Part shown: positions 1 to 11,923 of the stretch, piece by piece
Position numbering within the stretch: the first letter of the stretch is position 1
How the letters are laid out: each line of letters starts with the position of its first letter
Assembly: GCF_001194135.2 (NCBI RefSeq)
Contig: NC_068982.1
Location: forward strand, 42,297,241 to 42,329,295
Direction of reading: 5' to 3'
DNA from: Octopus bimaculoides
Taxonomy: Eukaryota
Length of the DNA stretch: 32,055 nucleotides
Made by a program: the position numbers and the translations under genes
Notes under the pieces: model-generated
What the model saw: only the letters and a program-made list of their open reading frames with translations
Database searches by the model: none
Told to the model about the DNA's origin: nothing

Positions 1-50
1 ATTAGTGAGTTGAGAAACGAAGGAAGTGCGCTTGAAACTATGTATGTATA

Positions 51-644
51 CAGGTGAGTAAATGTGGTGAATAAATTGTCATCTAAATTATGCAAAAATG
101 AAAATGACACATATCATTTTAACAAATATATTTACCAAAATTGCATAAGAATATCTTGAAATACTAAAGAGTAAATTTATTCAATAAAATCGCCATTGGC
201 TTCAATCACGGCCTCCAGACGACTTCAGAATCTCCTGCAACTCTTCTGGACGGTTCCCTTATTTAAGTTGGTGAATGCTGCCATAATCCTTGCCTTCAGT
301 TCATCTTTGGTGTTCCAAGGAGTTTTGTTGGTCACTCCATCAACTGCGCCCCACACTTAACAATCAAGGTGGGTTGTAGTCTAGGGAGTAAGGTGGATAG
401 ATGTTAGGGGTAATGTGGTCACAGAAATTGTCTGACAGCCATGACTGTGTTCTCCTGCTTGTGTGGCATGGTACAGTGTCGTTTCGAAATTTCTTGCAGA
501 GTGAATTGCGTCACGGTGCTGTTTAGTCTCAGACGGTGCCCAGCTGACCCTACTATAGTATGTAGTCAATCAAATCAAAAATAAACAATGCACATGCGCG
601 AAATTAAAAATATAAAATGGCGACAATTTACCCAATGCACCCTG
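51..644 (-). mobile_element. Internally deleted Tc1/mariner-superfamily element, maT/DD37D-like
   Basis: TA on both flanks (49-50, 645-646). Imperfect TIRs: CAGGTG...TAAATTGTC on the left, CAGGGTGCATTGGGTAAATTGTC as reverse complement of the right end. Encloses a transposase C-terminal remnant. Confidence 0.8.
177..514 (-). pseudogene. Transposase remnant (short N-terminal piece fused to catalytic C-terminus)
   Basis: Minus strand reads DTVPCHTSRRTQSWLSDNFCDHITPNIYPPYSLDYNP/LD, then after a frameshift and stop ...TNKTPWNTKDELKARIMAAFTNLNKGTVQKSCRRF*SRLEAVIEANGDFIE*. The PPxSxDxNPLD motif ends in D, and 37 residues separate the two D residues. The first of these lies at the apparent deletion junction. 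Confidence 0.8.
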
Positions 645-650
645 TATATA

Positions 651-1150
651 NNNNNNNNNNNNNNNNNNNNNNNNNNNNNNNNNNNNNNNNNNNNNNNNNN
701 NNNNNNNNNNNNNNNNNNNNNNNNNNNNNNNNNNNNNNNNNNNNNNNNNNNNNNNNNNNNNNNNNNNNNNNNNNNNNNNNNNNNNNNNNNNNNNNNNNNN
801 NNNNNNNNNNNNNNNNNNNNNNNNNNNNNNNNNNNNNNNNNNNNNNNNNNNNNNNNNNNNNNNNNNNNNNNNNNNNNNNNNNNNNNNNNNNNNNNNNNNN
901 NNNNNNNNNNNNNNNNNNNNNNNNNNNNNNNNNNNNNNNNNNNNNNNNNNNNNNNNNNNNNNNNNNNNNNNNNNNNNNNNNNNNNNNNNNNNNNNNNNNN
1001 NNNNNNNNNNNNNNNNNNNNNNNNNNNNNNNNNNNNNNNNNNNNNNNNNNNNNNNNNNNNNNNNNNNNNNNNNNNNNNNNNNNNNNNNNNNNNNNNNNNN
1101 NNNNNNNNNNNNNNNNNNNNNNNNNNNNNNNNNNNNNNNNNNNNNNNNNN
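651..1150. other. Assembly gap (N run). Other gaps: 2793-3010, 8098-8222, 17070-17252, 23626-23974, 29720-29729
   Basis: Runs of N, almost all bordered by microsatellites. Confidence 1.
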
Positions 1151-1209
<59 letters not shown>

Positions 1210-1263
1210 TACGTATACACATGTGTATATATATATATATATATGTATGTATCTATATATATA
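1151..1263. repeat. (TA)n microsatellite with TATG/TACA interruptions
   Basis: Direct reading of the sequence. Confidence 0.95.
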
Positions 1264-2184
1264 TGCCCTTACGCAGACAAGCAATAAGGAAAGTGGTAGT
1301 TGAGAGTTTAAAAGACAAACAAACTCTAAAACAAGTTGATGGACAAACAACTAAAGAAGAAGATGGACAAGTAGTCACACAGATAGAGAGCCAGTTGGCC
1401 AGATAGACAGACGGCGAGAAACCCAGAGAATCAGCTATACAAACAATAAAAATAGATAAACAGATACTCTAACAGACGGCCAAACTGAAAAAAACAACAG
1501 CACCAACAGATAAATAAACACAAAGAGAATGAGAATGAGATATATTGGGTGAAAGAAAGAAAAGCAGGACATCTTAAAGAAATTTGAAAGGAAGAAATCA
1601 TCTGAAAGTCAGAATTTTTATATTCTCTCTTCTTTTTTGCTCACTACTAAATCTATACTGTTCAACGACAACAAAATTGCGAGATCAACGCCCAGATATT
1701 AATTTATGGTTAGATTGTTATCTCGAGAGTTCTGCACAGCGTCTGTTTTTCAGTCAAGATCTTAAAGACGTTAATGGTGGCAAAGGAAGAGATTGGCTGA
1801 GATATATTTACAATAAACTGTATTAAATCAAATATGAGGAGAATATACACCACCAACAACTAGAACACAACTAAAAACCATATGGCATGTTTCTGTGCTC
1901 CTTGGAATTACAAAGAAACGATACGGCTTCAGTTAAAACAATTTAGAAGTTAGAATGAAATTCCTTAAATTTTGGTCGATTTACTCCTGAAATCTACCAA
2001 AACTTGGCAGTAGTATTTTGCTGATATGCTGCATTTAAAATGTTTCTAAACCAACGTGACGCTGTTCTCCAATCTACAAGTACTTCAAGTAAACAAATTA
2101 ATCCTTAATACACTGCAGTATTACCAATGAGTTTTAGAAAATGAGAACCTAGAATACTGGTTAGAGAGCTTACTGTATATTCCT

Positions 2185-2261
2185 TTGTGCCAATATCGAA
2201 CCGGTATAATCCCAATCATCCATATTGTGCCAATATCGAACCAGTATAATCCTAATCATCC
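2185..2261. repeat. 40-bp tandem duplication (about 2 copies)
   Basis: TTGTGCCAATATCGAACC(G/A)GTATAATCC(C/T)AATCATCC at 2185 and 2225, with 2 mismatches. Confidence 0.9.
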
Positions 2262-2482
2262 GGAATGAAGACCATATAATGTCTTTCCCTCACAATCTAT
2301 TCTTTTTGGTACGGTGATATTTAAGCTTGTCATGGATAACTTGGCATAAATTTATACGTGGAATATCCCAATTAGACTGCTGTTTCGCGAAAGCACAAAT
2401 ACTTCATTGTCTTTACCTTAAATGTATTTTAAGTATTTATTTATAATTTAATTATTTAATATCTTTCTTGTATATTTTATCG

Positions 2483-2730
2483 TTTATGTACTTCAGTCAT
2501 TGGACAGCAGCCATACTGGTGCACCGCCTTGAAGGGCATCAGTGGAACGAATCGATACTTGTATTTTTTTAAAGCCTTCTATTGGTCACTCATACTAAAG
2601 CGCTAAGTTACAGAGGACGTAAACAAACCAAAATCGGTTGTCACGTGATAGTGGGAGACAAGCACAAAAACAAAGGCACACACATATTCACGCGTGTATG
2701 TATATATATACATATATACATACATACACA
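2483..2730 (-). mobile_element. SINE family 1 (CORE-like, octopus OR-type), diverged 3' half
   Basis: TTCAGTCATTGGACAGCAGCCATACTGGTGCACCGCCTT and CTAAGTTACAGAGGACGTAAACAAACC are the reverse complement of the 3' part of the copy at 24732-25132. Confidence 0.75.
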
Positions 2731-2775
2731 CATACTTAGAAGCCCCAAGGCAAATCTGGCAGTAGGTATAATACC

Positions 2776-3010
2776 TATATATATATATATATNNNNNNNN
2801 NNNNNNNNNNNNNNNNNNNNNNNNNNNNNNNNNNNNNNNNNNNNNNNNNNNNNNNNNNNNNNNNNNNNNNNNNNNNNNNNNNNNNNNNNNNNNNNNNNNN
2901 NNNNNNNNNNNNNNNNNNNNNNNNNNNNNNNNNNNNNNNNNNNNNNNNNNNNNNNNNNNNNNNNNNNNNNNNNNNNNNNNNNNNNNNNNNNNNNNNNNNN
3001 NNNNNNNNNN

Positions 3011-3050
<40 letters not shown>
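2776..3050. repeat. (TA)n and (GA)n microsatellites flanking an N gap
   Basis: Direct reading of the sequence. Confidence 0.9.
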
Positions 3051-3052
<2 letters not shown>

Positions 3053-4443
3053 TATGTATGTATATATACTTTGAATATGATGAATATTGCGACAACATAT
3101 GCTTTATAGAAAGAGACTGTGATTAAACAATGATGCCTTTTTTTCTGTTTACGAATTTATAAAGCAGGTTTATCGAATACTTGGCAATAAAAGTAAACCT
3201 ATGGAAAGGAAATGAAATATGTGAGAGACGTTAATCCATTAATCTAAATATCATTTTCCCCCAAGTTGAAATCAGTTATTTAATTAAGCAATAAAGATGT
3301 GATACGATGACTTTACAAATCATTATGAAACAATTTTGATGAAGGTTAATTGGCACAAAGGAAGTTCCAAATCAACAGATTCTAAAAGAATGATGAAGCG
3401 GTTTTTCCAAACTCCTTACAGTTGACGTTACTCAAGCCTTAAATATGATTGTATTGTACAATACAACCAAGTGTTTGAATGAATTATAACATATCCGAAC
3501 TAAGTATTTCATAACACTATCTGTTTTATGGGTCCAAGTTAATTAAATGAACAAATGAGAACGTAGTCGGAATTAGTTATATTACTGCAAATGCATATAG
3601 ATACATATAAATTGTTTGTTGTATAAAAGTTGCATAGAGTGAACCTGAATTTAATCTTAAACACTTTAAGATTCACAGGGACTTCTGAGTTCTGGCTGTT
3701 TGTCGTAGTTTACATTAACATTATAACCTAGAAGGTCACTATTATTATTCTTATACTCATAATACTCACTGTGTCTTTAAAATATGAGAGAAATCGATTT
3801 CGACTATCTTGATACAAATGATGGCAGAATCAAGAGAATAAGAGTCAAAGCAGAAAAGGACAGCAGACACTCTTCTAAGTAGAGACCTAGATTAGAAAGA
3901 TATATAATAAGTGCACATGACTTCTTAAACTACATAACATAAAGTGTCTTGAAAGTTCGGTGCACTAAAGGAGACGTATTTAAGAGGGATTGGCTCATTT
4001 GAAGCCAAAGAAAGAACCATATCATTGTTAGAGATGTCGACTTTTCTGGCGCACCACAAGTACTTCAGTTTCAAAGTCGGCACTTGTTTCCCTGAAGGAT
4101 GGACGCAAGTGGCTGAATCAAGTATTAGAAATTCAGTACATAAAAAAAAAATTAAAAAATGAAAGGCTAAATAGCCACATGGAATGTTGTTTGCTCAAGT
4201 CTGATGGGTCTGAATTTAAAGGGCCGTTAGTATGAGATAGAAGAAAGATTTCTTAAATTTGAAGATTCTGGCAATAAACACGCGGAAAAGATTGTTTAGC
4301 CAACCATGAACAATTAGGAAGAGAACGCAATTCCTGAGATTGACTTTTGGGCACATGCATGCGACAGAGAAGCCAGCATGGCAATCAATGGCAATATGTT
4401 CTCAGTAAGGATGTCTTACTTTCAAACCAGAATCCATAGAATA

Positions 4444-5648
4444 TTGGGTCACCCTATAAATAATGCAGTTTTTTCAATTGCATTCAATCAACTTGCTTTA
4501 AACTAAGTAGTAAATTTACCTTGTCCTTACTCTTACTGCAAGTTATGAAGAGTGCAGTTCGATTTTAACAGTTATTTTTTCAAAGCTATAATGGAAGTGA
4601 CAAAGGAGCATCTTCAGCATATCTTGCTTTACGAGTTCAATAAAGGCAACAACGCAAAAGTGAGAGGAATATTGTGCAGTATATGGGGATCAGACAATAA
4701 GCGTAAGCCAGTGTCAATGGTGGTTCCAGAAATTCCGAGCCGGAAACTACAGCCTAGAAGACAAGCATTGCCCTGGAATATCTGTAGAGTTCGACGAGGA
4801 CGTCTCGCAAAGCCTGGTGGAAGAAAATCCCATCGTAACTGTTGAGCAACTAGCAGAGAAGCTTGGATTTGGTCTTTCCACCATCCATGGACACCTTTGT
4901 GCCATCGGAAAAGTCAGCCAATTGGGTCAATGAGTTCCTCACAAACTTCCCGAGTCAAATCGCGCGCACTGAGTCAATGTGTGCTCTTCTTTGCTGTCAC
5001 GTCTCACGAATGAACCTTTTTTGGATCGAATAGTGACTGGCGACGAGAAATAGGTTCTCTATAGATATGTCAGGCGCAGAAGACAGTAGACAGGGAAAGG
5101 AGAAACACCGGCACCCTATGCTAAAGAAGGTCTTCGCCCACGTAAGTTGTTGTTATCCGTTTGGTGGGATATGAAAGGTTTAGTCCTCTTTGAACTTTTA
5201 AATCCAAACCAATAGATAACAAAGGAGATTTACTGCGACTATCTTGAGCAGCTTAAGTCAGCACTAGAAGAAAAACAATCATCTTTGGTTTCAGGATAAT
5301 GCTCGGCCACATACAGCGAGGATAACATTCCAAAGACTGGAGAAGTTTGAATAGAAAACGATGCCCTACCTAACTTATTCAGCAGACATTGCCCCATCTA
5401 ATTACCATTTATTCTGCAATCTTCAAAATCATTTGGACGGAAAAAATATGAATTCTGTATATGAGGTCAGAACAGTACTGGAGGATCATTATTCGTTACA
5501 GACAAGTGAATTTTGGAAGCGGGGCCTTGCAAGTCTACCAGATAGATGGGAGAGCAGTATATTTTAGATTAAAAAAGAACTTTGTTTATCTTAATTTTGA
5601 AACATAAAAGAAGTATTAAAAAGCCGCATTATTTATGAGATCACCCAA
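4444..5648 (+). mobile_element. Mariner (DD34D) DNA transposon, near full length, decayed
   Basis: TA target duplication at 4442-4443 and 5649-5650. TIRs of about 28 bp: TTGGGTCACCCTATAAATAATGCAGTTT vs reverse complement TTGGGTGATCTCATAAATAATGCGGCTT. Contains a transposase pseudogene. Confidence 0.95.
4591..5567 (+). pseudogene. Mariner transposase pseudogene
   Basis: Begins MEVTKEHLQHILLYEFNKGNNA. Mariner motifs follow: LGQ*VPHKL (WVPHxL), RIVTGDEK*, LLSVWWDMKG, a frameshifted QDNARPH and YSADIAPSNYHLF (YSPDLAPSDY). Multiple stops, frameshifts and deletions. Confidence 0.95.
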
Positions 5649-7067
5649 TATTTTCAAACTGTTCAAATGATCCCAAAACATCCAGCCTCGAACGAGAATT
5701 GCTAGCCTGGATGTTTTTCTCTACATAGCATATCAGGAATCAGGTGGTCTAAAAGACTTGAAAATATAAAAAAAATTGTATCTCATCTTATCACCATTCA
5801 GTTAACATCTCATGAACTATTAGAGCTAAATCGCCAAGACAAGGAATGATGAAAACAGAGTATTAGCATAGTTAAAAAATTTCGTCTGCGTGGTAATATT
5901 AGATGTTTGGTATTAAGTGCAGGCTCCAGCCGATTTGTTCAACAAAATACTGAAGTTAGATATGTGATATTGAATAGAGAGCGATCTGGAATTGAAACTC
6001 TCCTTGAAAAATTTGATGAATAAACAAAACAACTGGAAAAGTATTTGAAGTGAAACAAAAAAAAAGATGGCGTTAGATTTTGAAATGGAAAAACAAAAAG
6101 AAAATTACCCTACGGGTATGGAAGTATGAGTTGAAAGAGAAGGGCGCACTATTATACGAACTCGATGCCAACTTAATAGAAATTACTCATAAATTACTAG
6201 GAGAGGATTCATCCAGAAAATCCGTTTTATGGTTTGATTGATAATGTTATTGTGGGATTAACTGTACGTTTTAATACTGTTAAATGAAAGTTTTGATTTT
6301 CTGTGGAAATATCTCGCGCCAGAAAGTGAGGCAGAAAAAATTGAAAGAGCACACCAATATCTTACTGACAGTAACTATGAATGTTACACTGATATTGTGA
6401 TGACAACAGTTCTAATGATAATAAATTTACTAGTTTGATAATGGTGATGACAAGCTATTTTGATGTTGGTGATGACATTTTCGAGTTTGTGATGACAGAG
6501 CTGAATTAACTATTTTCTTTAGTTTCCTTTAGATTGTGTATGCTAAATTTGCGAGAATAATGGTGTTAGAGTATCAAAGAGGAAGACTAAATGTGAGAGA
6601 CTAAATTGATTATATATAGGATTCACTGAGGCATTGCGAGACCAATGACCCGACGTAGAACTCAATATACGTATATTTCCGAATGAAGTGTTGGCTGAGT
6701 GTAGATCGGTGATAAGAAAGAGAGATGATAAAGGAATAAATGATTATTTTATGAACGTCAACCAAATTTTATATAAAAGATATTTAAAGCACCAGTGAGC
6801 GAACTCTTTGAAATTACGTTACCAAATTATATGGTGATACTTGAAACATCTCTGTTAAATAAATTCTCTCTTTTTTTTCTTTTTGCAAATTTCCAATGTA
6901 ATAATAATTTTTAGCTTAGGCACAAGGTTGCATATCTGCTTAATAATGAGCGAGCTAACTTGTTGAAGGTAAACTACCAACTTGTGTGGTAAAGCGGAAA
7001 CACTACTGTCAAAAGAAAAAAAAATTCATTCCTTTTGAAAATTTGATAACAAGCTCTGCAGTGAAAT

Positions 7068-7350
7068 CTTCTTGCCTTTAACCCTTCAACGCGGAGTATA
7101 GGCCACTTATAATTGAATTCCATGTCGCATAATTTCTCGCATCTGTACTTATACTTTGCCATGAATGTCCCCTTTTCTCTAGTTCCTTTTGTGCTGATCT
7201 ACGCCACGAGTTCTTAGGCCTGCCCCTCTTTCTATATCCATCCGGATTCCACTGTAAAGCACTTTTCGCTGCATTTGGTGTGTCCTTTCTAATTGTGCTA
7301 CCAATCCACTTCCACTTTTTCTTAAATATTTGCCCTCTGCAGTGAATTTC
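7068..7350 (-). mobile_element. 5'-truncated RTE/RTE-X-like LINE 3' end with 12-bp TSD
   Basis: Minus frame KKWKWIGSTIRKDTPNAAKSALQWNPDGYRKRGRPKNSWRR...GHSWQSISTDARNYATWNSIISGLYSALKG* matches the RTE-type post-RT C-terminus. TSD CTGCAGTGAAAT at 7056-7067 and 7351-7362. Confidence 0.85.
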
Positions 7351-7804
7351 CTGCAGTGAAATATGATTTTTAATTTAAGCACAAAATTACACGTTTTAGG
7401 GAAAGACATACTTGATTATAAATGCTCCAATGCTTGACTGGTACTGATTTATCGAATTCGCAAAGATGAAATATGAAGACGTTACTTTTGTTCTGAGATT
7501 CGCTTGTTATCTATTACTATAGATCTTCTCCATCCTAACTGCATCAAATATTTCTGCCAGCATGCTTCTTATCCAAACGCTCTTCTGTTTGTGGAATATT
7601 TACTTAGTTGGCAACACTAGTCAGATAAAAATCTGATGACCACAAGAAGCTCCTATACATGGTTCCATTATTCTCAACCTATCATCGATAGTTAAATCCA
7701 AACTTCAATAATCAAGAGTTTTTCCATGTATTACCTTGGCTTATGGGGGAGTTTTCCTTGCAAACATTTCAAGTTGCCAAATTGACAAATTTAAGTTTAC
7801 TGAA

Positions 7805-7920
7805 AGGTAATGTCCGCCACAAGGTTGTTGCAGCGTGGTGCATTGTGTGTCTCAATGAGCCTCAGAGCCATACCAGCGGAGCATAAATTTATAATAGGGT
7901 CTCCCATGCTGCACAGGTCG
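7805..7920 (-). mobile_element. Possible RTE-clade 5'-UTR-derived fragment
   Basis: Minus strand GACCTGTGCAGCATGGGAGACCCTA...GGCTCTGAGGCTCATTGAGACACACA...ACAACCTTGTGGCGG resembles the conserved RTE 5'-UTR motif (GGGAGACCCTAC...CCACGACAAGGTGGC). The comparison is from memory. Confidence 0.4.
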
Positions 7921-7951
7921 AAGGATACAGGCTTCACTAATATCGACTTCC

Positions 7952-7952
7952 A

Positions 7953-8040
<88 letters not shown>

Positions 8041-8097
8041 ATAAGAAAAAGAAGAAGAAGAAAAAGAAGAAGAAGAAGAAGAAGAAGAAGAAGAAGA
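7952..8097. repeat. Compound microsatellite (ATT)n-(GTT)n-(AGA)n
   Basis: Direct reading of the sequence. Confidence 0.95.
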
Positions 8098-8228
8098 NNN
8101 NNNNNNNNNNNNNNNNNNNNNNNNNNNNNNNNNNNNNNNNNNNNNNNNNNNNNNNNNNNNNNNNNNNNNNNNNNNNNNNNNNNNNNNNNNNNNNNNNNNN
8201 NNNNNNNNNNNNNNNNNNNNNNCTTGAC

Positions 8229-8302
8229 ACCTCGGGCCGACCAAAGCCTTGTGATTGGACTTGATCGACAGAAACTGAAACTATCGTATATAAATATATA
8301 TA

Positions 8303-8350
<48 letters not shown>

Positions 8351-8545
8351 CGCGCGCGCGTCTTTGTGTGTCTGTGTTTGTCACCCCACCATCGCTTGAC
8401 ATCCGATGTTGGAGTATATAACTTCCCCATAGCAATTCGGCAAAAGAGACCAAAGAATAAGTCCTGAGGTTGATTTGTTCGACTAAAGGTGGTGCTCCAG
8501 CATGGCCGCAATCACATGACTGAAACAAGTACGAGAATAAAAGAA
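8229..8545 (+). mobile_element. SINE family 1, 5' end lost in gap, with internal (TA)/(TG)/(CG) microsatellite
   Basis: CCTCGGGCCGACCAAAGCCTTGTG...GCTCCAGCATGGCCGCAATCACATGACTGAAACAAGTA is colinear with 24732-25132. Confidence 0.9.
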
Positions 8546-8960
8546 TATACACATATACATAGCAATACATAGTGATTTGTCGGAGGACTAGCTGCTGTAT
8601 CCAGTAGGTCTACTAACTGGCTGCGACGTTCACTCGTCTATTTCAATTGCTTTGCAGTTTCTGCTTCATATCCACGTGTTTTCGGAATCAATTTCACTGT
8701 GCAGCTGTCTAGGAAAATGTTATCTCGCCTCTCCTTTCATTAGTTAAAAGATACCATGTGAACTAAATTTGATTAACGGAAATTAGGGGGAAGACTATCG
8801 TATGTAAATATGTATTTGCATGTCTGTATGTATCCCTGTACACATACATATGCCTGTATGTATGCAGATATATATATGTACATATATATACATACATGTT
8901 TATCTATCCCTTTATACAGAGAGAGAGAGAGAGCGAGACAGCAAAATATACATAATAATT

Positions 8961-9172
8961 ATTTCTACTCTATGAAAATTTTTGGGGAAGGGAGCTAGTC
9001 GATTACGTCGACCCCAGCATTTAACTGGTACTTTTTTTCTCGACCCCGAAAGGATGAAGTCGACCTTGGCGGAATTTGAACTCGGTGGAATTTGAACTCA
9101 GAACGTAGCAGTAGACGATATACCGCTAAGAATTTCGCCCAGCGTGCTAACGATTCTGCCAGTAAGCTGCCT
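8961..9172 (-). mobile_element. SINE family 2 (tRNA-derived)
   Basis: Minus strand GGCAGCTTACTGGCAGAATCGTTAGCACGCTGGGCGAAAT (A-box-like), GAGTTCAAATTCC (B-box) and the central GGTCGAC-TTCATCCTTTCGGGGTCGA motif. Matches copies at 13667 and 15458. Confidence 0.9.
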
Positions 9173-9335
9173 TAACTACTACATAGCGAGAATAACTATT
9201 GAAAAATCTATCCTCGATAGCCAAAATCTAGAATTAAATCTCATTCGAATTCAATAACGAATAAAGGGTATCTCAGGAATAGCAAAACTGAACTCCAGCT
9301 GATAAATTCGTCTTTGGAAATACTATTCGCAGCTA

Positions 9336-9400
<65 letters not shown>

Positions 9401-9553
9401 TAAGAATTCCAGTGACTACTTTTCAGTTGAGGTGTTTGTTGCTATGCAAGGGATATCATGTTTCTTATGAAATCCAAATCCATAGTGGTACCACTACAAT
9501 AACAACAACAGCAGCAGCAACACCTCCTCCTCCTCCTCCTCCTACTACTACTC

Positions 9554-9612
<59 letters not shown>
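9336..9612. repeat. (CTA)n arrays with (CAA)/(CAG)/(CCT) segments
   Basis: Two trinucleotide blocks at about 9336-9400 and 9490-9612. Confidence 0.9.
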
Positions 9613-9889
9613 GTTGCAAGAAATAGTCGTTGTAGTAACAGCAATGGTGGGAATGCTTTTGCGAGTGGTACCATGCAGATATGGTGAATAGAAAAGTTTG
9701 TCTCTGATTATTGTCAAAGAGAGTGTCCCTTCATAAATCAAAACTAATCTAGACTTGTAAGGATTATGTCATATGGTGCTATCTCCCATTTAAACAGATC
9801 ACGAGCAATTTTAAGTAATTATATCACGCTGGGGCTGCCGTAAATAAGAAAAATAATTAGGGGAAGGAGACATTCGGCGTGGGGACATA

Positions 9890-9916
9890 AACACACACAC
9901 ACGCAAACACACACAC

Positions 9917-9995
<79 letters not shown>
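9890..9995. repeat. (CA)n microsatellite
   Basis: Direct reading of the sequence. Confidence 0.95.
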
Positions 9996-9998
<3 letters not shown>

Positions 9999-11629
9999 AC
10001 AATACTGAGGCTACTACGAAGTAAAGGTGCGGTGAATGGAATTACATCACGCCGAGCTTGACGTAAATAAATTCAGAGCAACAATAACCATAAAAATAAT
10101 AAGAAAAAAGAACAATGGCGAGGGACTGTAACAGGGAGTATACTATCATATAAGACCTGCCGTAAATTAAGTAGAGCTAAAGGGTGTTGTATTATATTTT
10201 AGGGTCATCTATAAATCAGCTTTTCAGAAGAAAGCTGTTATAAATTACCAAGTTCTTGTGCTTTCATACCCACTTTAACGTCGTCTCACAACAGATAAAA
10301 CATCATGTTTTTTTTTTATTTGTGTACTTTTTAAATAAAGTTCTTTGAATATACGCACATATCTACGTACATATATAGAAAAAAAACATGGAAGTCAATA
10401 AAAATTGAAACGTAGTGGGATTGAACATATGTCTGTTTTCTTAATGCCTCTGTGTAAATTAAGGCTATACCATATGCTCGCTTATCGCTTCTCTTATTTC
10501 ACAACTGTGTTTTTAATCTTTACTGGGACATAATTTTCTCATGTTGTGTTGTTTCGATTGTACCTTTTAATATTATTTCGCCAAGATAAAGACTTGAATT
10601 CAATTCAAAATCATTCCCCGAGATATTTTGATACAGAAAGAAAGAAATTTCGACTTTGTTCAGGTTACCGTACATTCCGGCATACAAGTTGATATGTAAA
10701 CATGTGATGCAAAATTCAGACATGGTCATTATCTTTCCCGATCCTACTACATTTCACACATCATTTTTGGTCTTTTTGGTTTATAAGTCAACCTATCATT
10801 TCTGGCGGTAAAGTTTGGTCTGAAAAATTCGACCTGTATGCTGGAAAATATGGTATTTTTAATGGACTCATCTCTAGCGTTCTTATGATCAATAATGACA
10901 ATAACTGAAGTTATAGATCGCATTTCTTTTCAATAAGGACATATCGAGGATTGCGTACTAATAGTTTTTGGAAATAGTAAGAAAAGTAGAATGAGAAGGA
11001 AGAATAAGAGAAAGAGGAGTACAAAAAGAAAAAGTAAAAAAAAAAAGAAGAGATGATAGATCACCTTTTACCCAGCAGCTAAGTAGAAGCGGACAAGAGA
11101 AAAGAAACTGTTACACCTGAGTGGTCTCTGTGAGAATGATATCGTAATAGGTAGATGATAACAGTTGCAGACTGTTTAGAAATTTTCATGTCACGAAAGC
11201 TTTCAGATACAGATACGCTACGGTAAATGATGGAATAATTTTATCTTTGTAGTTTTATGAGCTATGTGTATGGAATTTATGATGCCGAAATATTAAGCTG
11301 TTTGACGTTTACATTGTATATAGAACTGTAATGATTTTATTCTATTATCTTATTCCCTTAAATGCTTAAAAGTATATAGTTTTCAATTATAATTGAAAGG
11401 TAACTTAGGATCACTTGACGACAATGTAACCTTCATTTAACTAATAAGAAACAGAGAGAACGTTAATTGGTATTTTAAATTAAAAAAAATGTACGCGTTT
11501 TTGTAATCCAGCGGCTAATATCCTCGGTGTTTCAGTTTAAAAACATAATATGATGCTCACTGTATGTTGATTGCTGAATCAAAATCATCTGGTGTGTCTC
11601 GTACACTCCAGCGCATTGCTTGTTGTATG

Positions 11630-11923
11630 CACATACATACATGCATACATACATACATACATACATACATGCATACATACATACATAATACATACATACA
11701 TGCATACATACATACATACATTCATGCATACATACATACAACATAATACATACATACATGCATACATACATACATACATTCATGCATACATACATACATA
11801 CATACATACATGCATACATACATACATACGTTCATGCATACATACATACAACATAATACATACATACATGCATACATACATACATACATTCATGCATACA
11901 TACATACATACATACATACATGC
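11630..11923. repeat. (TACA)n microsatellite with 110-bp higher-order duplication
   Basis: The ACATAATACATACATACATG landmark recurs at 11741 and 11851. Confidence 0.9.

Noticed and set aside
1540-2400. Coding-looking stretch including ORF 1584-1826
   Set aside because: No recognisable motif in any frame and frequent stops. It cannot be assigned.
3780-4240. Partly open frames (MREIDFDY...; KFGALKETY...)
   Set aside because: The frames are short and broken, with no identifiable domain. Old TE debris or chance.
5875-6025. Peptide CLVLSAGSSRF resembling an NTP-transferase motif
   Set aside because: About 50 codons with no start or splice support and only a loose motif match, likely coincidental.
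11630-11923. Regular repeat arrays as possible CRISPR or satellite
   Set aside because: There is no repeat-spacer structure or cas genes, the context is eukaryotic, and the arrays are simple microsatellites.
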